A stretch of DNA of 63,548 bases, the filler included, from Octopus bimaculoides (Eukaryota): NCBI RefSeq assembly GCF_001194135.2. It is 9 parts of 8 records of this genome, joined end to end, with 100 filler letters (N's around TTAATTAATTAA, not from the genome) between each part and the next. Parts side by side here need not be neighbours in the genome. Positions count along the whole stretch, not along the records: positions 48,194 to 60,279 come from NC_068983.1; positions 60,380 to 62,293 come from NW_026382198.1; positions 62,394 to 63,548 come from NC_069006.1; 6 more parts are not named here. The stretch is one strand, 5' to 3'. The translations under genes and the position numbers were made by a program. Positions 52,470-63,548 of the stretch are shown here, piece by piece. Positions within the stretch are counted from its first letter, which is position 1; each line of letters begins with the position of its first letter. A model generated the notes under the pieces. The model ran no database searches. It was not told where the DNA came from and saw only the letters and a program-made list of their open reading frames with translations.

Positions 52470-52768
52470 TCTCTCCCTCTCTCTCTCTCAATTTATCTTA
52501 CTCTCTCAGATAAATCATAAAAATCCCTCTCTCTCTTTTGCACTCTTTCTCTCTCCCCCTCTCTCATTCTCTCTTGCTCTCTCCCTCTCTCTTCCTCTCT
52601 CTCTTTCCCTCTCTCTCTTACTTTCTCTCTCTCTTTCTGAATTTCAAACACACACAGACACACTCATTCTCTCTTGCTCCTTCCCTCCCACCCCTCTCTC
52701 TCCAAATATCATTCTTACACACACACACACACACTTCTCTCCCTCTTTCTCTCTCTCTCCCTCTCCCC

Positions 52769-52802
<34 letters not shown>

Positions 52803-52940
52803 TTCCCTCTCTCCCTCACTCTGAATTGTATTCTTACACACACACTCTCTCTCTCTCTTTCACTCTCTTCCTTTCTTTCCCCTCCTCTCTTTCTCTCTCT
52901 CTATCTATCTATCTATCTCTTTCTCTCGCACTTTCTCTGA
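52470..52940. repeat. Imperfect (CT)n polypyrimidine tract
   Basis: Directly visible. Confidence 0.9.
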
Positions 52941-54136
52941 GCTGAACTGAACTGAATCATTCAAAAGTGGTACGGCTGCCAGATGTGAGTTAAACGCTTT
53001 GATGTCTGCATCCTCTATTGACTGATTATATGGCAGCAAACAACTGTTTCAGTCGAATATTGTTAGGCTTTAGTTTCCATTCTCCCCTCTGTACCTTTTA
53101 TATTTCTGTTTGATGGAAACAGAGGGAAAATATTAATCCCAGATGTTCAGTGCACAATTACTTTCAATGTTGGAAGAGAATGAAAAGCAAAATATATTAC
53201 ACAGAAATTCTTAGTTTGGAGTTGCTAACATGAAGTATGCCTGGAAATATTTTTTTCCATTGACAATATTAAAGTAAATTTTATATATCAACTTAAATAT
53301 GAAATAGTAATTAAATTAAGCTTTAATTTTGTTTATGTTCCTTAAAAGAATAAACGTCTCTTTCTGTTCTTTATATGTTCACAGCACTTTTTCCAGTATC
53401 TTCCATGATAACCTTCCTCTGTCATGACTATCTTTCATTGATTAGTACTCAGCAGTTTTCTGTCAAATAATGACTATGTCAAGGCTATCTTTCATTGATA
53501 GAGCATAGTGCATCCACTATTTGTCATCTAACCCACAACACACTTATCTCTCAGCATACATGACCCAATACCTTTAAAAAATGTCCAGCTACTTTAGATT
53601 AGGTGATGGATTGACAGAATCATTAAACAGTTCAATAAAACGCTTGCAATATTTAGTTATAGCCTTTTACTTCCTGAATTCAAATCTTGCTGAGATCACC
53701 CTTGCATTTCAGCCTTCCAAGTCAATAAAATAAGTTACCAGTTAAGTACTGGAGTTGATTTACATTTTTATAAAACAGCCAGGATGTGAATAGAATTATA
53801 AGAAATTGTCTTAGCTCGCTTTTGTTTTTTCATGTAAGATAATATCATATATCCTATAGACTATATCAGGTATGGACAACTGTTCTCAAGAAGTGGGCTG
53901 CATAAGGCATGATTGCACTACTAGAATATTCAGGATAACTTTTCATTAGGTTTGCTATTCAGAAAGTTTTATAGGCTGTAGTTTGCCCATGATTGATCTA
54001 TGTTCATGTCATTTCTCCCCTCCTCTCGTTCAATGCCTAAGTATCACTACCATATAATACTACACTCCTTACAAATACTTTGTCATGTCTATGATATTTT
54101 CTTCTTGTATATATTTCCTGGTACAGTTCCATTGTG

Positions 54137-54462
54137 AAGGTGCATGGCTCAGTGGTTAGATCATCAGGCTCATGATCATGAAGTAAAAAGTTTGATTCCT
54201 GGACCAGGCTGTAAGTTGTGTTCTTGAGCAAGACACTTTATTTCACTCAGCTGTAGAAATGTGTTGCAACATCACAGGTGCCAAGCTGTATGAGCCTTTG
54301 TCTTTCCTTTGGACAATATCAGTGGTGTGGAGAAGGGAGGCTGGCATGCATGGGCGACTTCTAGTCTTCCATTAACAATGTTGATTGGACTTGTGCCTTG
54401 GAAGGAATATTTCTAGGTGCAATTCCATGGTCATTCGTGACTGAAGTGGGTCTTTACCTTTG
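54137..54462 (+). mobile_element. SINE family D
   Basis: TGGCTCAGTGGTTAG..GTTTGATTCC (A/B boxes) plus GTTGTGTTCTTGAGCAAGACACTTTA. Confidence 0.75.
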
Positions 54463-55710
54463 CAATTTCATTGCACAGCATATAGGACAAATGTTTTGTA
54501 CCATGGTCCACAGAATTGACAAATGCCATGAAGGGTGAAATTTGTTAGACAGAAACATGTACAGACACCTGTTGTATATGTGTGCATCTATACATGTGTG
54601 TCTGTGTCTGTATGTATTTGTATATGTGCTTATAAGTGTGTGTGATTAAACAAAAATAAAAACACCCTGTGATATTTAGACTTTTATTGAGTTACATTCT
54701 TTTGTGCCAAAAGGTAATCTTAGTCAAGGATCAATAGAAGGATTACTAGGCAACATATTGGGGTAAATATAGGGAATTAGAACCCTTGAAAGTGGTGCTC
54801 TGGAATAGCCATAATCCAAAAACTGAAACCAGCAAAAGAATAAAAGAACAAAACAAATCTTTTGGCTACTGAATTTACTCTGAAGTCATGAACATTTTGA
54901 AAGAGATATAGTTGTAACTCAATAAAGTCATTTTAGATACTTAAACACTCACACTCACACACATACATTGCCTATAGTTAAGAAATAAAGAAGTGGCTTT
55001 TATACAATTAACCACAACCAGAAATTATAAAGTAAATACAATGATGTATGTGTTTCAAATGGCCCAATTGAATTTACCAAAAGGCAGTACTATAATATAT
55101 GTGTATGTGAGAGGATGAAGGGAGGGGAATGAGAAATAGAGAGTGGGTGTGTATAATGTGTTTGTGTATGTGTATATGTATATATGTTTGTGCATTCAAT
55201 CTATACCTATATGTTAATGTGGTTTCATGCATGTTCATATATGTAAATACACAGTCATGCATATTTATGTATGTAAAACATGTATTCTTAGGTGCACATA
55301 ATACAATTGGTATTCTTGTCAATGTGATTTTCCTTTAATTGATTTTGGAAACTTTATTTTCTTGAAATGCAGATTAATTATTAATTTTTTTTTTTTTTAA
55401 TTCTAGACAGATATCTTTTTGTTTTTCAAGTACCCTGTAGAAATGATTGCATANNNNNNNNNNNNNNNNNNNNNNNNNNNNNNNNNNNNNNNNNNNNNNN
55501 NNNNNNNNNNNNNNNNNNNNNNNNGGTTGCCTTTATTCTATGAAAATTTATCTAAATTTCTTTGTATTTGTATCAGTTGCACTTAGGCATTTCTTTGTCA
55601 GTGTGTAAAAATCTTCAGACGAAATCTCAAACAAAGGTTATGAGTTGTTTGGCTTTTAATTAGGGGTTGTCAATACATCATCATCATCACACTCATCATC
55701 ATCATCACAC

Positions 55711-55761
<51 letters not shown>

Positions 55762-56183
55762 ACAACAACATCATCATCATCATTATCATCATTACTTCAT
55801 CTCTACTGTCCATGGGTTGGAGATCAATGCGTAATATACATAATCTTTATTTAGAGAAACTTGTCTAAACAACTTTTTTTAGTTATGGCACTATACTTTA
55901 TGAGAACAAGAGGGTATAATCGACTTGTTTTTTTTATTTATTTATTTATTTATTTTTTGTAATCCTTTTCATAAAAATTTACCTGGTTTAAAGCGATCAT
56001 ATTTAAATTAAATCTTTGATCTTAATTTCCTTTGCACTAATTCTTATGCCAAAAAGTAATGATTATATTATAATAAACATCCCAATGAGCTATAAAAGAT
56101 CAACAATCCACCACTTTGCTCTATAAGTGTTAAGCCAATAAAAAATGAATTTCTCTTGAGAGAGAGACAGACAGGGTGAGAGA

Positions 56184-56233
<50 letters not shown>

Positions 56234-56841
56234 ATATATTTTACAGGCCAGAAGATGGCATACCAGTGTCACACATGTAAGCTGTGTAAAATTATATGTA
56301 AAATTATGCAGGCATGACTATGTTGTTAAGAAGCTTGCTTCCCAATCATGTGGTCTTGCAGTCAGTCTCACCAAATGGTACCTTGGGCAAGTGTCTTCTA
56401 CTATATCCCCAGGCAGATCAAAGTCGTGTGGGCAGATTTGGAAACTGAAAGGAGCCCATTGTACACACAGACACACACACACATACACATACATATATCT
56501 TTAGATATACACATATATATTTATATATACACGCATGTTTCCAGAGGTAAATAATTCAGACCCTAAAAATCCCTCTCACCACATGGCTACGATGCCTCCC
56601 CACCACTACTTCTGTTCATGATCAGAAATACACATATTGTCAGCCACTAAGGGCTCAGCTGGTTATGGTCAAGCAGCTGACAAGCAAATCTGTGGTTTTT
56701 CACAGAATATTTACTGTAGTCCATCCTTTACACCAAGACAAAACATGTACATGATGGCACTTCGAATCAGTTAAGATCAAAATGAGAGCCACTGCCAGGT
56801 ACTTCATCAGGGCATTTATCATTATCATCATCATCATTATT

Positions 56842-57050
56842 AAGGCATTGACCTGACAGAATCGTTAGCACTCCAGGGAAAATGCTTAGCAGCATTTCGT
56901 CCATCTTTTGAGTTCAAATTCCACTGAGGTTGACTTTGCTTTTCATCCTTTTGGGGTTAATAAATTAAGTACTAGTCAAGCACTAGGATCAATGTAATTG
57001 ACTGTCTGTTCCCCCAAAATTTCAAACCTTGTGCCTACAGTAGAAAGGAT
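56842..57050 (+). mobile_element. SINE family B
   Basis: Family B core, ending in an (ATT)n tail. Confidence 0.75.
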
Positions 57051-57051
57051 T

Positions 57052-57109
<58 letters not shown>

Positions 57110-57114
<5 letters not shown>

Positions 57115-57697
57115 TAGTTTTATTTTTATAACGTGCTTTCACTTCACTACCGAGCGCAGCTNNNNNNNNNNNNNNNNNNNNNNNNNNNNNNNNNNNNNNN
57201 NNNNNNNNNNNNNNNNNNNNNNNNNNNNNNNNNNNNNNNNNNNNNNNNNNNNNNNNNNNNNNNNNNNNNNNNNNNNNNNNNNNNNNNNNNNNNNNNNNNN
57301 NNNNNNNNNNNNNNNNNNNNNNNNNNNNNNNNNNNNNNNNNNNNNNNNNNNNNNNNNNNNNNNNNNNNNNNNNNNNNNNNNNNNNNNNNNNNNNNNNNNN
57401 NNNNNNNNNNNNNNNNNNNNNNNNNNNNNNNNNNNNNNNNNNNNNNNNNNNNNNNNNNNNNNNNNNNNAAGCATCTTTTTCCTTCATGGTCTTTGACAAC
57501 TATATCTGGTCTATTGGCCTTAATTTCTCTATCTGTGTGTATTGGCATATCCCAGAGTATGGTTGCTTTCTCGTTTTCTGTGACCTTTTCTGGCATGTGT
57601 TTATACCATCTTTTTTCTGTTGTTATTCCATAGTGTTGGCATAGCTTCCAGTGTATATAGGTCCCAGCTCTTTTGTGTCTGTGAATATATTCCTTCT
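57110..57697 (-). mobile_element. R4/Dong subfamily 1, 5'-truncated, (TAA)n on both flanks
   Basis: HWKLCQHYGITTEKRWYKHMPEKVTENEKATILWDMPIHTDREIKANRPDIVVKD; 3' end matches 10552 and 20029. Confidence 0.85.
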
Positions 57698-57704
57698 ATT
57701 ATTA

Positions 57705-57786
<82 letters not shown>

Positions 57787-58755
57787 TGTTACTTGTACTT
57801 TAATCTTCTTCCTGCCCTCTCTTTTAAATAACTTTTAAATAATATTCAGCAACATATTACCCACATATTATTTTAATAAATTATTATTTTACAATTATGA
57901 TATAATATAAATTATTACATTTTTTGCTTTTGTTCAATATAATACTAATATGCAAAAAAAAAAGACTAAATATTTTTTCGCTCTTTTATCTATAGAGTGC
58001 CACAAAAATCAGTTAATAAACTGTGAGTTTTAATTAAATTAATTTGTCCAAGTCTGAAAGCCAATGCTTGGTTGTAATATTAGCATGTCTGTGATGTAGC
58101 TGCCTCTGAAAGCTAAGGAAACTAGGTCAGTGTTCGGTTATAAAGTCTGCTAATTATAATGACCATGTTTTCTTTTAACCACAATCACCACCATCATCAT
58201 CATCATCATCATCATATTTACATCCAATTCTTCCAAACTAGCAAAGGTTAGTCTAGACTTATTGAGAAAATATTTCCTGTGTTTGGCTACCCTTCCTGTC
58301 TGTGATGCTCACTTGCTCCCAAATAAGGTACTCTTTTGAATGACAAGCAATTCAGTGGACATGCCTTTGCAAGCAAATGTAAACACAGTCACCATCAGTG
58401 CTACTCAAACTTTTTTTAACCACCATTCATCTTATTTTACTCACACTTTATCAGTGTCCTCTTGCTTACAATTCAATACTTTCCACCTGTAACATAAGAC
58501 CTGAATAACCGCAACACCACCCTGCTGTTGTTTTTGTTTTACTTGTTTCACTCATTGGACTGCAGCCATACTGGGACACAGCTTTGAAGAGTTTAGTTGA
58601 ACAAATCAAATCCAATGCCTTTTATCTTATAGCTCTGGCATTTAATCTATCAGAGTCTTTTGTTAAACCATTAAAATACAAGGATGTAAACAAACCAACA
58701 CCAGTTGTTAAGCAGTGGTGCAAGACAAACCCAAGGACCCACGACAAATACACGT

Positions 58756-58796
<41 letters not shown>

Positions 58797-60178
58797 TATG
58801 TATATACAAATGCAAAATGGAGCTGAGTACCAAGATTCCAACATAGTAAGTTTGAACAATTGTGGAAATCTCTTCCACTTAAAACCATTGGTTGTCTTGT
58901 TAATCCACAAATAAAGAATATTTGTTCACCAATGCAGTGTTGAACATTTATTTCCTTGTTCAGTATATATATANNNNNNNNNNNNNNNNNNNNNNNNNNN
59001 NNNNNNNNNNNNNNNNNNNNNNNNNNNNNNNNNNNNNNNNNNNNNNNNNNNNNNNNNNNNNNNNNNNNNNNNNNNNNNNNNNNNNNNNNNNNNNNNNNNN
59101 NNNNNNNNNNNNNNNNNNNNNNNNNNNNNNNNNNNNNNNNNNNNNNNNNNNNNNNNNNNNNNNNNNNNNNNNNNNNNNNNNNNNNNNNNNNNNNNNNNNN
59201 NNNNNNNNNNNNNNNNNNNNNNNNNNNNNNNNNNNNNNNNNNNNNNNNNNNNNNNNNNNNNNNNNNNNNNNNNNNNNNNNNNNNNNNNNNNNNNNNNNNN
59301 NNNNNNNNNNNNNNNNNNNNNNNNNNNNNNNNNNNNNNNNNNNNNNNNNNNNNNNNNNNNNNNNNNNNNNNNNNNNNNNNNNNNNNNNNNNNNNNNNNNN
59401 NNNNNNNNNNNNNNNNNNNNNNNNNNNNNNNNNNNNNNNNNNNNNNNNNNNNNNNNNNNNNNNNNNNNNNNNNNNNNNNNNNNNNNNNNNNNNNNNNNNN
59501 NNNNNNNNNNNNNNNNNNNNNNNNNNNNNNNNNNNNNNNNNNNNNNNNNNNNNNNNNNNNNNNNNNNNNNNNNNNNNNNNNNNNNNNNNNNNNNNNNNNN
59601 NNNNNNNNNNNNNNNNNNNNNNNNNNNNNNNNNNNNNNNNNNNNNNNNNNNNNNNNNNNNNNNNNNNNNNNNNNNNNNNNNNNNNNNNNNNNNNNNNNNN
59701 NNNNNNNNNNNNNNNNNNNNNNNNNNNNNNNNNNNNNNNNNNNNNNNNNNNNNNNNNNNNNNNNNNNNNNNNNNNNNNNNNNNNNNNNNNNNNNNNNNNN
59801 NNNNNNNNNNNNNNNNNNNNNNNNNNNNNNNNNNNNNNNNNNNNNNNNNNNNNNNNNNNNNNNNNNNNNNNATATACATACATATATATGTATATGTATA
59901 TATATCTGTTATCTATTAATGATCTTCTATAAAAATAAATCTAGTTTGTTGCTTTTTTTTATATACACAAACTGAGAAGATATCTTACAGAACAGTCAGT
60001 ATTTTAATGGAATACATCTTGTAATCAACCGAACAAACACATCTCCACCAAAACCAGTTGTTAAGTATCCCACCCATGAGGGATCAATGCTAGATGGGTC
60101 CAAACTATTGTAGTGATCAATTAACATTCTCTTATCTTCCATCTTCTGTCTTTCTCGCATTAATCAAACAGATATATA

Positions 60179-60225
<47 letters not shown>

Positions 60226-60829
60226 AACAAGAGTGAAAAAACTACAGAAGGCTTGTGCTACATGGTTAAAGTATATATTNNNNNNNNNNNNNNNNNNNNN
60301 NNNNNNNNNNNNNNNNNNNNNNNTTAATTAATTAANNNNNNNNNNNNNNNNNNNNNNNNNNNNNNNNNNNNNNNNNNNNTGGTAAGATTCAAAAGTCTTC
60401 GTTTTGGTGCGCTAAATCCGGAAATATCTCTGCAGAAAATAGTTTCCGCATCGAATATACCAACTTTGAGAGAATGTGGTTATGGTTAATTAATTTAAAA
60501 CAGTAGGGTAAAAAAATTGGATATTAATTAATATCAATTTAATACCAGGGAAGAAGCACATTAAAAGAATCAAGGAGATTCAGAAAAAATATCTGAGATC
60601 TCAAATGATTATTGTATATGTATATATAAGGGAGACCGGCATTCCAATGATTCTGCTAGTTTGCCGCCCTAAAAGAAATAAATATATTGGTATATAAGAT
60701 GATGTTTGCAGAAAAAAAATATATGTCTATTTTATATTGATATATTCAGATGATGTTTGGAATATAGTAAAAGATATATATATATATATATATTCTTCTT
60801 CTTCTTCCACCCTTTTAAAGCCTAGCCAG

Positions 60830-61095
60830 GCTCATGGGCAGGGTTTCTATGGCGTATGTGTTCCCCCTCCCAGCTGGACGGGATGCCAGTCCATCGCAGC
60901 ATTACTCAAGAAACAGGAAGAAAGAGTGAGAGAAAGTTGGGGCAAATGAGTACAACAGGGGTTGCCACCACCCCCTGCCGGAGCCTCGTGGAACTTTAGG
61001 TGTTTTCGCTCAATAAACACACACAATGCCTGGTCTGGGAATCGATACCGCGATCCTCCGACCGCGAGTCCACTGCCCTAACCACTGGGCCATTT
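60830..61095 (-). mobile_element. SINE family C
   Basis: Head homologous to 8390-8517; distal part differs from that copy. Confidence 0.7.
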
Positions 61096-61764
61096 GCGTG
61101 TCTGCCGTTACGTTCTGAGTTCAAATTCCACTGAGGTCGACTTTGCCTTTCATCCTTTCGAGGTCAATTAAATAAGTAGTTTAAATAAGATTAAATAATC
61201 ACTGGGGTCGATGTAATCGACTTAATTCTCTTGTTTGTCCCCTCTATGTTTAGCCCCATGTGGGCAATAAAGAAATATATATATATATATATATAGTGGT
61301 ATATTAAGATGGTGTAATCCAAGCCACAAAGGAGAAAGCAAGCTACTGGAGTAATGGCTAGAAGGATATTGAGTGAAGCCTAGTAACCAGTTGATCTAGC
61401 AAACAGGGCCTCATCTCAGTGAAAGGGGACAGCGCACATTCTCTCCTGGTGACCCCATAAGCTTACTAGTGTCTGGCTTTCAGAGTTTTCAACGAGCAGC
61501 ACTTGCATCTGCAAGTTTTTTTCAGGAGACAATATATGTTTGTATGTATGTATGTTTGTATGTATGTATGTTTGTGTGTATGTATGTTTGTGTGTATGTA
61601 TGTCTGTATGCCAATGGCCTCTGTCTTCTGTTATTTTTAATGAGAACAACTGCACCTGCAAATTTTCTCTCCAATGTGCCATATCTAAGCCAAGGTTGTT
61701 TTATGGAAAACTAGCAGTTGGGTGTGTATGCAAGTCATCACCTCTCAACACATATATACATACA

Positions 61765-61823
<59 letters not shown>

Positions 61824-61827
61824 GTAT

Positions 61828-62293
61828 GCGCAGGTGTGGCTGTGTGGTAAGTAGCTTGCTTCCCAACCACATGGTTCCGGGTTCAGTGGCACTTTGGGCA
61901 TGTGTTTTCTACTATAGCCTCGGGCCGACCAAAGCCTTGTGAGTGGATTTGGTAGACGGAAACTGAAAGAAGCCTGTCGTATATATGTATATATATATAT
62001 ATATGTATGTTTGTCTGTGTTTGTCCCCCCACCATCGCTTGACAACCGATGCTGGAGTGGATTTGATAGATGGAAACTCAAAGAAATTTGTTGCATATAT
62101 ATATATAGGCACAAGAGTGGATGGAAACTGAAGGAAGCCCATCGTATATATATATACATATGTTTGTGTGTCTATTTTTGTCCGTCTACCATCGACTGAC
62201 TACTGATGCTAGTGTGTTTATATCCCTGTAACTTAGCGGTTCAGCCTAAGAGACTGATAGAATAAGTACTAGGCTTACAAAGAATAAGTCCTG
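61828..62293 (+). mobile_element. SINE family A with internal partial duplications
   Basis: The GAGTGGAT..GGAAACT.AA.GAA module occurs three times (about 61941, 62055, 62115). Confidence 0.75.
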
Positions 62294-62393
62294 NNNNNNN
62301 NNNNNNNNNNNNNNNNNNNNNNNNNNNNNNNNNNNNNTTAATTAATTAANNNNNNNNNNNNNNNNNNNNNNNNNNNNNNNNNNNNNNNNNNNN

Positions 62394-62445
<52 letters not shown>

Positions 62446-63229
62446 ACACACGCGCCTTTTATCTTTTATCTTTCATTTGTTTCAACCATTAGCCTTCGGT
62501 CATACTGGAGCACCCTATTAAAGGGTTTAGACGGATATATCGGCCCAGTATATTATTTTTAAATCTGGCAATTCTGCTTATCGGGTGCTTTTATCCGACC
62601 TTCTAAGATGTGGAAACGTTAACAAACCAACACCAATTATCAACCAGTGATGGACCACGAACACAAACACATACATAGAAATAGATGTGTAAATAAAAAA
62701 CAAATTGTGGGTGATGAAACAGATGTAATCACATTTTGAGGGGTGGAACTAATCGATCCTACTGCGCAACGGGAACTCATTTTGTCCCACAAAGCTGAAA
62801 GGGAAAGTCGACATGGGTGGCATTCGAACTCAGAACGTCAGCCAGACGAAACGGTATTAGATACTTTTGTACGGCTCGATAACGATTCTCCTAGCTTGCA
62901 GATTTGCTAGGGCGGATAACACAAAGACATGGTAGATTATGTGTTTGCTGAATTACTCGTTAATCTACGGAGTGAAATAGAGACGTGCTGTGTTCATAAT
63001 CCAATGTTCCTTTCTGCGAAGAATTTGAACACCAGTGTTGGTATACATCCATAATTAAAGAATTGCAATTAAGAAAAGCTCAACGAAATTAATCTCAAAG
63101 CTGATATGTCATTAAGGAAAAGGAAAGGTTTATAAAGACGTGGAGGAGGAGCGGTAGGAGGGGTAGAAAAAGGTGGCAAAAGACAGGTAACAAGAGAATA
63201 AAGATCAGAGGAAAACAAACTTATATATA

Positions 63230-63448
63230 TTCTTTTCTACTCTAGGCAGAAGATCCGAAATTTCGGGGGAGGGAGAGGGACAGTCGAATAGATCGACCTC
63301 AGTACGCAACTGGTATTTAATTTATCGACCCGAAAGAATGAAAGGCAGCATCGACCTCGACGGAATTTGAACTCAGAACGTAAAGACAGACGAAATACCG
63401 CTAAGCATTTCGCCCGGCGTGCTAACGTTTCCGCCACTTCACCGCCTT
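63230..63448 (-). mobile_element. SINE family B, full length
   Basis: Near-consensus reverse complement; explains ORF 63237-63437. Confidence 0.85.
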
Positions 63449-63548
63449 ATAAAGCTATATATATATATTAAATGGTGTATGACATGCAACAGTCATAAAG
63501 GTATATACAGACATACATGCATACATGCATACATACATATATATATAT

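Overview
Eukaryotic, AT-rich, microsatellite-saturated animal genomic DNA with many N gaps. The repeat families match my recollection of octopus SINEs and LINEs, so the taxon is an inference. No host gene can be supported beyond two weak candidate exons, and most long ORFs in the track are microsatellite or N-gap artefacts. The window is mostly transposon remnants: at least four tRNA-type SINE families; CR1-group, RTE, Tx1/L1 and R4/Dong LINE fragments; a Penelope-like element (RT plus GIY-YIG); MULE/FLYWCH, mariner, Tigger/pogo and hATm-like transposase relics; and Helitron termini. Four things stand out. (1) A structurally complete type I hammerhead ribozyme at 68-159 sits in a divergent inverted pair, with a decayed pair of the same geometry at about 24.0-24.3 kb. 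(2) A miniature non-coding LTR retroelement (TRIM-like) at 44448-45507 has a tRNA-Ser(GCU) primer-binding site and a polypurine tract. (3) An ORF1-only (HAL1-like) zinc-knuckle retroelement interrupts the 3' LTR of that element. (4) R4/Dong elements are embedded in (TAA)n, including one sitting in the tail of another subfamily. Family assignments rest on remembered motifs; no database searches were run.
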